Below, in pieces: positions 27,199 through 46,516 of a stretch of DNA of 64,000 nucleotides (position 1 is its first letter; each line of letters starts with the position of its first letter). The translations under genes and the position numbers were made by a program. The notes under the pieces were generated by a model that was not told the origin of the DNA, ran no database searches, and saw only the letters and a program-made list of their open reading frames with translations. Origin of the DNA: the human T2T-CHM13v2.0 reference genome, Homo sapiens; assembly GCF_009914755.1 (NCBI RefSeq), contig NC_060931.1, one strand, 5' to 3'.

Positions 27199-28682
27199 TG
27201 TGTCCGGAATTGGTGGGTTCTTGGTTTCACTAACTTCAAGAATGAAGCTGTGGATCCTCGCGGTGAGTGTTAACAGTTTTTAAAGGCGGCGTGTCCGGAG
27301 TTTGCTCCTTCTGATGTTCGGATGTGTTCGGAGTTTCTTCTTTCTGGTGGGTTCGTGGTCTCGCTGGCTCAGGAGTGAAGCTGCAGACCTTCGCGGTGAG
27401 TGTTACAGCTCATAAAGGCAGCGCGTACCCGAAGAGTGAGCAGCAGCAAGATTTATTGCAAAGAGCGAAAGAACAAAGCTTCCACAGTGTGGAAGGGGAC
27501 CCGAGCGGGTTGCCATTGCTGGCTGGGGCAGCTTGCTCTTATCCCCTTCTCTGGCCCCACCCACATCCTGCTGATAGGTCCATTTTACAGAGAGCTGATT
27601 GGTCTGTTTTGACAGGGTGCTGATTGGTGTGTTTACAATCCCTGAGATAGACACAAAAGTTCTCCAAGTCCGCACAGAGCACTGATTGGTGCATTTACAA
27701 ACCTTGAGCTAGACACAGGGTGCAGATTGGTGTGTTACAAACCTTGAGCTAGACACAGAGTGCTGATTGGTGTATTTACAATCCCTTAGCTAGACATAAA
27801 GGTTCTCCAAGTCCCCACCAGATTAGCTAGATACAGAGTGCTGATTGGTATATTTACAATCCCTTAGCTAGACATAAAGGTTCTCCAAGTCCCCACCAGA
27901 TTAGCTAGATACAGAGTGCTGATTGGTGCATTTACAAGCCTTGCGCTAGACACAGAGTGCTGATTGGTGTATTTACAAACCTTGAGCTAGACACAGAGTG
28001 CTGATTGGTGTATTTACAATCCCTTAGCTAGACATAAAGGTTCTCCAAGTCCCCACTAGACTCGGGAGCCTAGCTGGCTTCACCCAGTGGATCCCGCACC
28101 AGGGCCACATGTGGAGCTGCCCGCCAGTCCCATGCCGTGTGCCCGCATTCCTCAGCCCTTGGGTGGTCGATGGGACCGCGCCACAGAGCGGGGGCAGCAC
28201 TCATAAGGGAGGCTCAGGCCACGCAGGAGCCCATGGCGGGGTGGGTAAGGCTCAGGCATGGTGGGCTGCAGGTTCCGAGCCCTGCCCCGCAGGGAGGCAG
28301 CTGAGGCCCGGCGAGAATTTGAGAGCAGCGCCGGCGGGCCAGCACTGCTGGGGGACCCGGTGCACCCTCCACAGCTGCTGGCCCAGGTGCTAAGCCCCTC
28401 ACTGCCCGGGGCTGGCAGTGCCCGCCAAGCCCATGCCCACCCGGAACTCGCGCTGGCCCGCAAGCGCCTTGCACAGCCCCGGTTCCCACCCGTGCCTCTC
28501 CCTCCACACCTCCCCGCAAGCTGAGGGAGCTGGCTCCACCCTCGGCCAGCCCAGAGAGGGGCTCCCACAGTGCAGCTGCAGGCTGAAGGCTCCTCAAGTG
28601 CGGCCAGAGTGGGCGCCAAGGCCGAGGAGGTGCCAAGAGTGAGCGAGGGCTGTGAGGGCTGCCAGCACGCTGTCACCTATCA
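27199..28682 (-). mobile_element. Solo LTR12 (ERV9; LTR12C-like), antisense in intron 4
   Basis: Minus strand begins TGATAGGTGACAGCGTGCTGGCAG and ends CCACCAATTCCGGACACA. GC-rich 5' part, tandem ~40-bp enhancer repeats with 9 CCAAT. TSD TTAT at 27195-27198 and 28683-28686. Confidence 0.93.
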
Positions 28683-30034
28683 TTATGATGGATGTGGGAA
28701 GCCATAACATGGCTTTTCAGCAGAGGATTAATATGGTTTGATTCATGTTTTGGAAGGATCACTCAGACTGCTGGGTTGGGAGTAGACTGAAGTGAATCTA
28801 AGGTGGGAAACTAGGAAAATATTTAGGAGACCATTGCAATTATCTAAGAGAGGAATTGGTTTTGAGGTAGATAGTAAAAGTTTGGTTTTAAACTCTGTTT
28901 ATGTAAGATGTTAGGACTAGAAATTTAAATTTGGGACTTATCAGCCTGAAGATGTTATGCAAAGATGTAAGACTAAATGCTTGTAACAAAGTCATCCTAG
29001 TACTTTAGAGGAGATGGGGAACACATGGCCAGTGAGATATGAGGACCATGGGTGATGACCCAGAGAAAACTGTTTCAAAAAGAGAGTCAGTAAATGTGTC
29101 AAATAATGTTTTTAAGAGTGGGAAATCACCCTAATTCAATGCTGGACTTCAAGTACACCACCAGGCAAGCTATCCCAGAGGTTATTGAAAAAAAAAACTA
29201 ATTGATAAAATGTTTATATCACATGATTCATTAAATAAATATAAAATACACAGAAGCAAGGGGAAAGATAGAGGATAAGTTAACTCATTTAGGCTGGGGT
29301 TTAAGTAGGATAGAAGGACCACACTACCTAAATAAATCCTGGGGTACATAGTGTTGATATGTTTTGGCTTATCAACCTTCTTTGCTAATGCTGCGGTTGT
29401 GAGAACCAGAGCCCACAAGATAGGTGCCCAGGGCCAAAGATAGGCACACTCTCAGGAACATACAGGAGCAAGTATGCCTGGTCATGGCGTTAGCTCTCCA
29501 GTTAATCTACTCAACAGCCGTAGGTTTTATTTTTATTTGTTAGTGGACAGAGTAGGTATCACCAATGGGTGGCCAAATTAAGGCCTCAGGAATATTGAGT
29601 TCTAAGTGTCGCATATATGTTTAATGTATTCTGACTCTTTGGTGCCTTTTGCATATTTGCCTCAAGAATATTAGATACATCTTGGTCCTTCTATCCCTTT
29701 CTGTCTGTATTTAATGCATACGTGCTTTACTTACTTTTTATCTATACATACACATATAAGTTTTATTGATCTCATTTTGTTTCTCTATAGTAGAGTTTAA
29801 TATCCTCAAGCAGAGCAAAAAGACATTATTACTGAGAATATATCACTGAATTTAGTAACATGAGGGTCATTGGCCATCTTGACCTGAGAGAGTTCAAAGT
29901 GAGAATAAAAGAAGGGAAAGTGCAAAAAGTGACCAAATGCAATTCCTGTGATGAGTTTTTATATAGAGAAGCCAGGAGATGGGACAAGGGATGTGAAATT
30001 GAGGGAGGGTTTTTTTCTTTCTTATTTTAGATGC

Positions 30035-30594
30035 TGTATTGATTATCTGCTGCAGTGGAACAAATTATCCCAAAACATAGCAGCTTAAAACAACAAACAT
30101 TTATTATTTCACATGATTTCTAAGGGGTAAGAAGCTGGGAGCAGTTGGTTGGGTTGTTCTGGCTTAGAGTCTCTCATGAAGTTGCAGGTCAAAGCCATAG
30201 CCTGGGCTGTAGTCATTTTAAGATTTGGCTGGACCTGGAGGATTTGCTTCTAAGCTAAGTCAAATAGTTGTTGGTAGGCTTCAGTTCTTTGATGGCTGTT
30301 GGCCAGAGACCTCAGTTTCCTACTGCATGGACCTCCCTCATAAGCTGCATGAATGTCTTCATGAAGGGCAGCTGGCTTCAGAGTAAGTGATCAAAGAGAG
30401 AAAGAGACGGAAGCAGTTGTATCAGAGTGCTAGTATATTTTATAATCTAATATTGGTAGTGCATACAACCATTTCTGCCATATTCCGCTGTTCACACAAG
30501 CCAACCCTAGTCAGATGTAGGTGGGGGCATTCTAAGAGTGTAAATACCAGGAGGCACTGATTATTAAGGGCTATCTTAGAGGCTGCCTACCACA
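30035..30594 (-). mobile_element. MLT1F-like ERVL-MaLR solo LTR
   Basis: Minus strand begins TGTGGTAGGCAGCCTCTAAGATAGCCC. Typical MLT1 3' end GCTTAAAACAACAAACATTTATTAT on + strand. Confidence 0.7.
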
Positions 30595-32889
30595 TGTGCA
30601 GAGATTATATAGCATGTTGTGTGCTCATGGAAGTGACCCAGTGGAAAGGGAGAATTGGTGATATAAGGAAAATAGTGAGGAAAGAAGGGGGAACAATTGC
30701 TGGAACAAAGGTTTTGAGTGCAAGATTAGAGGGGATGAGATCCAGTACCAAGTAGAGAGATTGAGTAGATAAGAGTAACCATAGTAATTAGGGAAAAAAG
30801 GATATATGGGTCCAGATGTAGCTAGGTTGTTAGATGTGGTAGTTGGAGCATGTGTAAGTTATTTTTAAAATGTTTCTTGTTTTCTCAGTGAAATAGGAAG
30901 CAAAGCCATTAGCAGAGAGTGGGACAGTGGGGAGTTAGAGATTTGGGGAGGCAGAGTTGTATAAATTTATTTGGGAGAATAAACTGAATAAGGAAACATA
31001 TACCTAAAATATATATGTATACACACACAGACACATATATGTATATATACACACACATACACAGCAATAAGACCACTTGATATTAGTGGTAATGAATATA
31101 AAGAGCTCATTAATATAAATATATTCATATGAATATGATATTAGTGGTAATGAATACTGTTACTGAGAAAAGTAAACATGGTTGAATATATGTGTATTTT
31201 TCTTCTCCAGGTGTGGTTCAGATTCCTGGGAGTAGGTAAAGAATATGTTAACTCAGGAGTAGCAGCTACTTTGGCAGTGTTTGTTACATTGATCACTGAT
31301 GATCACAAACATGTTACTGCTGCTTATATCCATGAATGTCATTGCTGATGTGTGATACAGTCATGATGAGTTCTGTCAGTTTTGGTGATTCTCTTATGAT
31401 GCTGAGGGCACTATCTCTATTTTTCTCTGCTTCATTATAATGCTGAGTACCATCTCTACTTCTTAAGTCATTCTTAGGTCTACTTCTTAGATTGTGGTCA
31501 TTGACTATGGATGTATTTTTTTAGGCCAGCACAGTAGTTTTGAGTAATTGAATTGGTTGCTAACATTTAGACATTGGGAAATCGTACACATTTAGGATTT
31601 CAAGCTTCTTTTGCAAAGTTCTGGCGGCACTAGGGTTTTTTGCTGTTGTTGTTGTTGTTAAGTGATGGAGTGCCCCAGGCTTGCCTCAAACTCCTGGGCT
31701 CAAACAATCTTCTTGTTTCAGCTTCCTGAGTAGCTGTGACTAAAGGCATTAAAGGCATATGCCTGCCCTTGCAGTAGTTTTCACTTTCTTCTAGCACAAT
31801 CTGCTGGAGCTGAATAAGGCTGCCCCCTGATAGTAAGGCCTGTGGTCTCCAGTTCACTCCAGTCCTCTCTCAAACCACTTACTCATTTTTGTTAGTTGCC
31901 TAGTCCCTGGAGATATTTGAATATATAGTTCCTTATCTGCTTTGAGGGTACTGTCTCTTGTTGCTGATATTTGGGCTGCTGATGCCTTGTGGTCTCAATG
32001 TCTCACATCTATAATAGTAAAGCAACTCTTTTACTATAGCTTTTACTTTAGGACACAAGCTTGAGTCCACTGGGGACTAGTTCCATGTACATTTCAAAAT
32101 GACCCTCGCTCTCTATTTTGTTGTTTTTGAGTCATGTTTTGCTCCTTGGACTCTTAACTTAGGATGAGTTCTTTCCCAGTAGATTCATTGTTCAGATAAA
32201 CATAGATTTCTGTAAGGGCACAACATTAGTTCCACTGACATGCTTACAGCTATTGAAAGTTCATAATACGACCCCTGCTTCAGATGAATAGCCTCGGTAC
32301 TGGAAAATCTACCTTCTTTCCAAAGTAGCTTTGATTTTCAGAAACATTTAAAAAGTCTGAATCAAGGCAGACAAATGAGATGATCAAGCTGAGTGGTAAT
32401 GCCAATTAAGTCAACAGGATGTTGTGTCTATATAAAGTCATGTAACAACTCTTCTTGTGTAATTGATTTAACTGACTTTGATGGCAGTCCAAGTTATAAA
32501 TATTTTTGAGACTTTGCTAATGATAACTCATTTAATTCCTAAAACTAATTCATTAGAATTGGAGACCTATTTTTGTTACAGAGAAGGAAGAAAGTAGAGA
32601 AGGAGAGGGAAATTGATGCATAAATAGGGAAGCTGAATAGTCTTTGACCACTTTAGGTGAATCTTTATTTTGTATAATTAATTTATTGGTAGTAATTTGA
32701 ATTCTGTGAACTTTATATATGTTCCAAGTAAAGATGCAAAAGATGCAAAAAGGTCAAAAATACGTTTTGACTTAAAAAATTACGCTACTACTTTCATCCT
32801 CTAGTTTAAATAATTTCCCATTTCCCTTTTTAATTTTGGAGTTTCTGTTGTATGATTGATTTTGTATGTTGTATTATTAGACTTTCTGT

Positions 32890-35860
<2,971 letters not shown>

Positions 35861-36074
35861 TAAAATAAAGTTCACGCTAATAGCAGGACTCTCTGAGATC
35901 CCATACCCTGACCATTTGAATGACTTGTCTTTTTCTCCAGTGTTTGGGGGCTTTCATATATGCTTTTCCTTTTACCCAGATTCCTCTTGTTCCACAAATA
36001 TAACCTAAATACATAGGTGTTAAGCCAGTGTTTACCGTTTGTCTTCCTGTTATTTGGAGATTTGAAAAATCTTA

Positions 36075-36335
36075 CTTTTAATTTTATTTTTAAATATTTT
36101 ATTGTGTATATTTCAGGTATACAATATGTTGTTATGGGATACATATAGATAGTAAAAAGGTTACTGTAGTGAAGGAAATGAACATATCCATCATCTCACA
36201 TAATTACCCAATTTTTAAAAAGTTTACCAAGTCCATCCTTCTGCAGAAATTACCTATTTTTTTGTTTTTGTGACAAGAACAGCTAAAATTTACATTTAAC
36301 ATGAATCCCATACACAGTACAAGTTTATTACCTTG
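36075..36335 (-). mobile_element. L1MA 3'-end fragment
   Basis: TTTATTGTGTATATTTCAGGTATACAATATG...AACATATCCATCATCTCACATAATTACC. Confidence 0.6.
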
Positions 36336-36547
36336 AATTAATTCATTAAAATATTCTTAATTATAAGTGACATATGAGTAGATATGTAAAAATAGTTATG
36401 CTGTCTGTCTCAACTCTACTTCTCTTTGCATAGGGAATCACTGTTAACAATTTGGTATGTATCTACCCCATCTGTTGTACCTTGTGTACCAGGGGTTTTT
36501 TAACTTTATTTTATTATGTAGATATATGTCCTCTGTGGAAAACATCA

Positions 36548-37635
<1,088 letters not shown>

Positions 37636-38390
37636 TGTATAATGTCAATTTATTGCATTATTGGTGATAGTTTAGGTGATGTCAACCACAGACCTCTTAA
37701 TTTTAAAGGTTTTTTTTTTCTATTTGTAATTAATGATAAATCTGTGGGGTAATAACTTTGAGACTCTGTTAATATGCCATTCTCTAGCAACTTTCCACTT
37801 AATAGTTTTAGCATCCTTGTCAAAGTCACTGATTACAATTACACTGATTACATATGTAGGCTGCAAGATGGAAATTTGCTAATTCCAATTCTAATTCCTC
37901 CTACATTTATTAGGAAGCATTTACTGTGTAAAGAAATTCTCTTCCCCTTTTTTTCCTTTTCAGTATTACTGTGAGCTCATATGTTATAATCTATTAACTG
38001 ATTGCTGTTTCTGTTACTTATTACATTGTCCAAATTTGACCAGTGAGAGTCCTTTAAGAAGGCCCTTGTGTATACACAAACACTTCTCTCTCTTTCTCTC
38101 ACTCTTTCTCTGTTTTGTCCACCACTTTTCTGTCTCTACCTCTAAATAAACTGGATAAATCCCTAAGATATTTTTCTACAACTTGCTTTGTTTCACTCAT
38201 CTGTTAATTCTGTAATTCTTCTCATGTCAGTGTATGTGGGATATTTCATTCTTTTTAATGATACATAGAATGGCTCAACCATAATGTACTTATTTTTTTG
38301 TTTCAAGTTTTTCACTTATATATAGTGCTGACAAACATGTGCCATGTATATATATGTAATAATTTCTGTGGGATAGATACCTAGAAGTAA

Positions 38391-38679
<289 letters not shown>

Positions 38680-38947
38680 GAAGTAAAATTTCTTAGTCAA
38701 AAGATAAGTGTATTTAAACTTCTAAAAACCATTTCCAGATTGACTACCAAAAGGACTGTACTAATTACCAACAATGCACAAACTACTTGATAACATTGCA
38801 TATTTGTAAATTTTCTTTTATTCTTTTGGATATAATCTCTTTATTACAATGTGCATTCACCTTATTAAGAATGAAGTTTGGCATCTTGTGGCCATTTGCC
38901 ACATTTTGTTTTCTGTTACTTGCCTGTCATTTTCTTAGTCATTTCTT

Positions 38948-39489
<542 letters not shown>

Positions 39490-39501
39490 TAGTCATTTCT
39501 T

Positions 39502-39829
39502 GTCCTGGCGCGGTGGCTCACACCTTTAATCCCAGCATGTTGGGAGGCTGAGGCATGTGGATCACCTGAAGTCAGGAGTTTGATACCAGCCTGGTTAATG
39601 TGGTGAAACTCCCTTCTCTACTAAAAATACAAAAAATTTGCCAGGTGTGGTAGTGGGCACCTGTAATCCCAGCTACTTGGGAGGCTGAGGCAGGAGAATC
39701 GCTTGAACCCAGGAGGGCTTGAACCCAGGAGGCGGAGATTGCAGTGAGCCGAGATCGCGCCATTGCACTCCAGCCCGGGTAACAAGAGCGAAACTCCGTC
39801 TCACAAAAAAAAAAGAAAGAAAAGAAAAG
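39502..39829 (+). mobile_element. AluS with 16-bp internal tandem duplication
   Basis: GCTTGAACCCAGGAGG at 39701-39716 and 39717-39732. Confidence 0.88.
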
Positions 39830-40951
39830 CTTAGTTATTAGGTTCTCTTTTTTTCTCATTGACTTATTGGAATTCTTTTTTTAATGGTCTTTGTCTGTTA
39901 TATGTGTTGCAAATATTTTCCATCCTTGCAAATGTTTTTTATGTTTTCCATCCTGTTCTGTATCCTTTAACTTTGTGATTTTTTATTGTTTACAATTTTC
40001 TGTACAGTTAACACCTGTAGATTTTTTTTCCCCCTTAACTCTTTTGGGACTAGTTTTTAAGTTTCAAAGTGAATTTTTATCTAAAACTCAATCCAAAGAA
40101 AGGGACATTTTTAAAAGTGTAATAAGTAGCTAGTATTGCTAGAGTCTTTTGTTTTTAAATATGGTTGCTTACAGTGACAGACTTCCATATTGTAATTCAG
40201 CCATGCAATTTTTAAAAAACATGGTTAAATATGAACTTCATGAATACTTTATTTAGAGAAAACTATTTGCCTATCATAATACATGAATATTAAATAAAAT
40301 GTGGAAAATATAGAACAGAGAGAAGAAAAAAACATTTCTAATTGTCCTCATATCCAGACAGCCATAGTATTTTGTTGCATTTCTTTTATCTCCTTTTTTT
40401 TGAGAAATATGCTTATTCTCAAGTAATTGCATAAGGATCTTTAAGTTGAGATTTTGCTAAAAGATAGTATGCCAAATTTCGCTTATTGAATTTATAATTG
40501 TTTACTGTAATTACTTTTCAGAGTGCTCACTTCATCTAAATCTCTTTTCTTTTTGAAATTTGAGGGCTGCAGTGTGTCACTTAGTATAAATATCTTTGTG
40601 GGAAGATCTTCTAATATTAGGGTACCTCTGACCGTGATGTCACTTATCCTGATATCCTGATTGTAGTGTGTCTGAATTCAGGAGAATGTCAGGTATATGT
40701 TAGTACTTGACAGAAGTTAGGTAGTGTACTTACCAGCAGTTGCCCTCAGGTTTAGTTGCTATTCATTAAATGAGATAAGGCTTACTAAGAGATGTTTCCC
40801 CCTATTTATTTTTCAGTTTACTGTTAGCCTAGCCCAAGGCCATTTTTGTTTTTTAGTGTATGCAAAAAGATATCCTTAGGAGTGTTCACTGGATAGTAGA
40901 ATATGTTCAAGTTACAACCATTTGGTACTTTACTTCTTTTGTGCTTTAGGA

Positions 40952-41275
40952 CAGGGGTCCCCAACCAGGTGGTACTGGTCCTTGGCCTGTTAGGAACTGG
41001 GCCTCACAGCAGGGGGTGAGCGGCTGGTGAGGGAGCATTACTGCCTGAACTCCACCTCCTGTCGGATCAGTGGCAGCATTGGATTCTCCTGGAAGCGCGA
41101 ACACTATTGTGAACTGCACATATGAGGGATCTAGGTTTCATACTTCTTATGAGAATGTGATGCCTGATGATCTGAGGTGGAACAGTTTCATCCAAAATAA
41201 TCCCCCTGTCCCATCCATGGAAAAATTGTTTTCCACGAAACCAGCCCCTGGTGCCAAAAAGGTTGGGGACCAATG
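40952..41275 (+). mobile_element. MER1B (hAT-Charlie)
   Basis: TIRs CAGGGGTCCCCAACC / GGTTGGGGACCAATG; 8-bp TSD CTTTAGGA 40944-40951 / CTTTGGGA 41276-41283. Confidence 0.85.
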
Positions 41276-41362
41276 CTTTGGGATATATTTCTGACAAGTA
41301 TTATGCATGTTGTAGGTACTGTCTTTCTCGTAAACAATATTACTCATTTTAAAATCTTTTTT

Positions 41363-41707
<345 letters not shown>

Positions 41708-43292
41708 TTAAGTACAGAAAAAGTGTTTTAAGTTTTTAAATGGCAACTTTTATATACCTGTTTTATATATACCGAAATATAATTAGGATAGATATTATTA
41801 AACACATACTGCAGATGAAATAACTAAGCTTCAGAGATTTGGTTTGTTCAAAGTTACACAGCTAGAAGATGGAAGACTGAAAGTCCACTGGCCCCTGTGT
41901 GAAAAGCTGAATGGGGAACATTTCCACTGATTTGAATTATCCATACCTTTGTACAACTCAAAACAATTGTAAACACATATTTTTATTTTCTTAAATATGA
42001 GTTGTGTACATTGCATATATTAGTCAAAGATTGATGCTAATTAAATGGCCATAGAAACATGTCTTCTGTGTTACCCATTGGAAACACACTGAGCACATAT
42101 GAGTTTTATGTGTTTATACATTGTTTATTTTGTTTACCCATATGAAAAAGAAAATATGTTTCCCATACTCATGTTTTATATGGAAGAGAGAAAGATTTTA
42201 GAACGTATTTAGTCACTAATTAAAATGAATTGGAGCAGATATACAGTGCTAGAACTTTGGTCTAGAGCTCAGTAAACCCAACAGGTATGACAGAGAAATA
42301 TGGGATAAGTGGCAGGTAAAAGTGGCAAGTAAAGAACTCTATAAAGGTAATGACACAGTATGGATCATTTTTCAGGGACAGTGAAGCTGAAGAAAAAATA
42401 CATACAGACTTGCTGGTTGTTCTTTGAGCTTGCACAACACCATTCTTCCAGATTACAAAGGAAGAATTTCCTGGGAATGGATTTCAGAATCATTCCTAAG
42501 ATTAATTGTAGGAGGTTTAAAACTCTGTGCAAATGTGCACGTTTGCTATGTGTGTGGAATATTCTTTAAAAATATAATTGAAAATTTTCTTTATTCTGAA
42601 AAAGTGAACTGCTGTGATTTACCTTGATTTGGCTGAATGAAGTTAATAAATTGGATAGCTCCTTAAGGGCTTTATTCTCTTGGTAATTGCCTACTTGTGT
42701 GGATGCACATTTTATCTAGTTTGAATTTGTTTCAAAGGAACATTATTTTGTAAATAAAATATATATTTTTTCCCATGTGGTATTGCATAGCACATGGAGA
42801 AAATAGATTGATGATACCGTTTCATTTTATGATTTTTCTTTGAATATAATGTTTTGTTCTTTTATTGGAAATAAAACTGACCCCAAGAATAAAATTATAT
42901 TTCCTTTTAATTTTATGATAGTGCATTTAAAGTAATGTATATCTACCCAAGGTGATGAAGATGATGATTGCCAACCACAATTTAATGACATTAAAGAAAT
43001 TAATGAGTTTTGATTCCTTTGCTTATCTTGTGTGTTATAGTCTAACTCCTTTTAAATCTGTTCTTTGACATTTTATATGACTTTCAGATTGTGTGCGTAT
43101 ATATGATACATATAATTATGTATTAAAGTATGTTAATTAAAAATGTTAATTAAATGAAATTAATTATATAGTTTAATTTGTAACTATTAATATTAACTAT
43201 ATTTAGCATAACTATTAACATAGTATATATGAAATCCATATATACATATATATATACACACACACATGCATAATCTGAAAAAATATATATAC

Positions 43293-43563
43293 TTTTTTGA
43301 GACGAGATTTTGCTCTGTTGCCCAGGCTGGTTCACTGGCACCCTCCACATCCCAGGCTCAAGTGATTCTCCCACCTCAGCCTTTCTAGCACCTGAGACTA
43401 CCGTGTGTGCCACCATGCTTGGCTAAACTCTTTTTTGTATTTTTTGTAGAGACAGGGCCTTACTATGTTGCCCAGGCTGATCTGAAACTCCTGGGCTCAA
43501 GCGATCATCCTGCCTCAGCCTCCCAAAGCATTGGGATTGCAGGCATGAACTACACGCCTTGGC
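43293..43563 (-). mobile_element. AluJ-like
   Basis: Diverged Alu. Confidence 0.8.
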
Positions 43564-44905
43564 TGACTTTCAGATTTTATTAAAATTCACTGTTATAAAA
43601 CCTTTGAATAGCATAAGGATAACAATTAAACAGTTGCTTGAAGCAGCTTGTGTAAGTCATAGCTGCAAACCAACTTTTTAGTTTTTTGCTTACTATTAGG
43701 CTATTTTAGTTATGATCTATATTTGGTAAGTAGTGTTTTAATGAAATACTTACATGTAACCACTGACATATAATGACGTCTAGTTAATTAATGTTGGTAA
43801 TTTAAAATTATTTACTAATTGTATATGGCTCTTTTCCTTTCTCGTGGGTGATTTGTTTAACTCAGTATTCATTCATTTATATACTGTAGTTATTTATTTT
43901 AGTTTGAATTTCTTTGATGGTTGTGAGAGGTCACGCTCCAATTTAGGCTCCTGGTTGTCTGGTTAGTGTTTACCAGTTCAAATAATCACATGATCTTACA
44001 TTGGATATATATAAACTTACCCATATGGTGAAGTCTTTTAGGAGACGATCATGTTAAATGTTTCTCACTGTGGCTTATTTAATGTCATCAGTTTATTGCG
44101 TGTTACTTTGGATGCCCCTTAGAACTTGGCACCAAGACCTACCCTCTTAGAATAAACCTGGTCAAAAGGATGTTGGGATGGTTGCTATTTTATCTTTAGA
44201 AATGACCTATTTTGAGATGTAATAAATGTGTCTCAGGAGACTGGAGAAATGCCCAAACCTAAAGGTGATACTTCAGGACAAGAATTAAGTTGCAATGTGT
44301 TCATTATTATATATGCTTTAGATTGTTTCTTTGAAGGATGTTTTACATTAGGGCAGTGCCTTCCTTTTTAGAGGAAGGGAAATTTGATAATAAGTTAGTG
44401 TATGTCCACTACCATTTGGGAAAAAGAAATCTATTTAGGAGTCATGACTATCATCAGTAGAGAAGTGTACTTCATTGTTGGTTATCAGTAAGTAGTTCAG
44501 CATGGTTTTTTATAGTCTGAATGAAATACTCTCTCAGAACTTTTCAATTTCCATTTATCAGATTCCATGTTTATTATACTTTGGTGGTAGTAATAACAAA
44601 CTTTTAGGCATCTTGATGCTGAGAAAGTTATTTATGATTATGGATGTGACATTGCTTACCAGCAGATTTTGTTGGTTTCTAAGATACCGGCAGCCTCATC
44701 AATGCTGACTGAGTTCACAGACAAAATTGAGTTGTAGGAATTTTAATGATCAAAACCTGATTTACCAAGATATTGTCAATGAAGTCCTGCCTGAACTTCT
44801 TATTGCAGCTTTGATAAATAATCTACTCTTTTAAACTCAAAATCAGGGAAAATACTTTAAAAATTTTAGGCAGATCTGGAAGCCTAAATAGAAACTTTAA
44901 ATATA

Positions 44906-45140
44906 CAGTCACCCCTCAGTATACCTAGGGAATTGGTTCCAGGACCCCTGCAGATACCAAAATTAGCACATATTCAAGTCCCACAGTCGGACCTGGGGAA
45001 CTTGGGTTATGAAAAGTTGATGCTTTGTTTATGTGAGTTTTGTATCCCACAAGTGTATTTTCACTCTGTGTTGTGTTGAAAGAAATCTGCATATAAGTGC
45101 ACCTGACCAGTTCAAACCTGTGTTGTTCCATTGTCAACTG
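44906..45140 (+). mobile_element. MER8 (TcMar-Tigger MITE)
   Basis: TA-CAGTCACCCCT...TGTCAACTG-TA; ~235 bp; matches recalled consensus. Confidence 0.75.
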
Positions 45141-45764
45141 TAACTTGTAATTCCAGAGATGTATCTAAGGCAACTTTGCTTTTGATAATTGGAGGGCAAT
45201 TGAATTGAAGTATGACATGTCCTACTCTAAAGTGTAAAGAGCATTGCCAAGTTATCTTGTCTGTTGGGTGTGTTCATGAGAATCTTTAAGGATTTTTATT
45301 ACATTAGCTGCCTAAATAATATGATGAACTCCTCTCAGAATGTTGAGTTTTGTGAGTGATAAGAGGAAAAAAGAGAATGACATATTGTTTTCATCCATTT
45401 CAGTTATAGACAAATTTTCACAGAAAGAATAATTTAAAATTTTTGAACAGATTAAATACATCATAGAGTTAGAGATTGGCTCAGTTGTGCATGGAACTCA
45501 GTCTGTCTAATGTTACTACTCTGAACTTTTCAAACTGTTCTATAGCTTTAGGTGCATAACTTTGCTTTTACAATTGTATTATGCCTGTTTGTATTATAAT
45601 CTGCCACCTCCAAAATTAGATCAAAGACTTTTTGGTTTGTATCTTTGTTTTGCATGAGTTTGATCTTTTATATATATATTTTAGTACCTGCTACAAAGGG
45701 ACCTCAATAAGTGTTTGCCAACCAATAATTAATCTAAATTCTTTAATGACAACTTGTATTTTTT

Positions 45765-46087
<323 letters not shown>

Positions 46088-46356
46088 TAAATTAAAAATT
46101 TATTGTTTTCCCACCTTTAATGCTTTTACAGTAGGACTAAAACTATTTTTAAAATGTCATTTATTTCATTGTGTATACTACATTAGGTGAAAAAGTATAT
46201 AAAATGAGTTTATTTCTGTATTTTAATACGTTTCTTATAAACCATTGGTGTTTCATATCTTTTTCCTCATCTCTTTGCTATTCTTTTTCTTTTGTGATTT
46301 TATGTGACTTTAACAAAATAAACCCTATTTAATCATAGTGTTTTTGTTTTTTTTAG

Positions 46357-46516
46357 GTTGTTATGGAGTTGATGGAGAGAGTGACTCTATTATGAGTTCA
46401 GCTTCTGAAAACTCCACTGAACCTTGGTTTTGTGATGCCTGTAAATGTGGTGTTTCTCCTAGCTGTGAACTGTGTCCTAATCAGGATGGAATTTTCAAGG
46501 AGACAGATGCTGGAAG
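46357..46516 (+). CDS. PHF14: PHF14 exon 5 (end of PHD1, start of Zn knuckle)
   Basis: Acceptor tttttttAG|GTTGTT, donor GGAAG|GTTAAT; 160 nt; GCYGVDGESDSIMSSASENSTEPWFCDACKCGVSPSCELCPNQDGIFKETDAG. Confidence 0.96.

Noticed and set aside
27590-28060. Regular ~40-bp repeats resembling a CRISPR array
   Set aside because: LTR12 U3 enhancer repeats without unique spacers, in human DNA with no cas genes
28109-28676. Multiple overlapping 74-174 aa ORFs
   Set aside because: GC-rich LTR12 sequence depleted of stops
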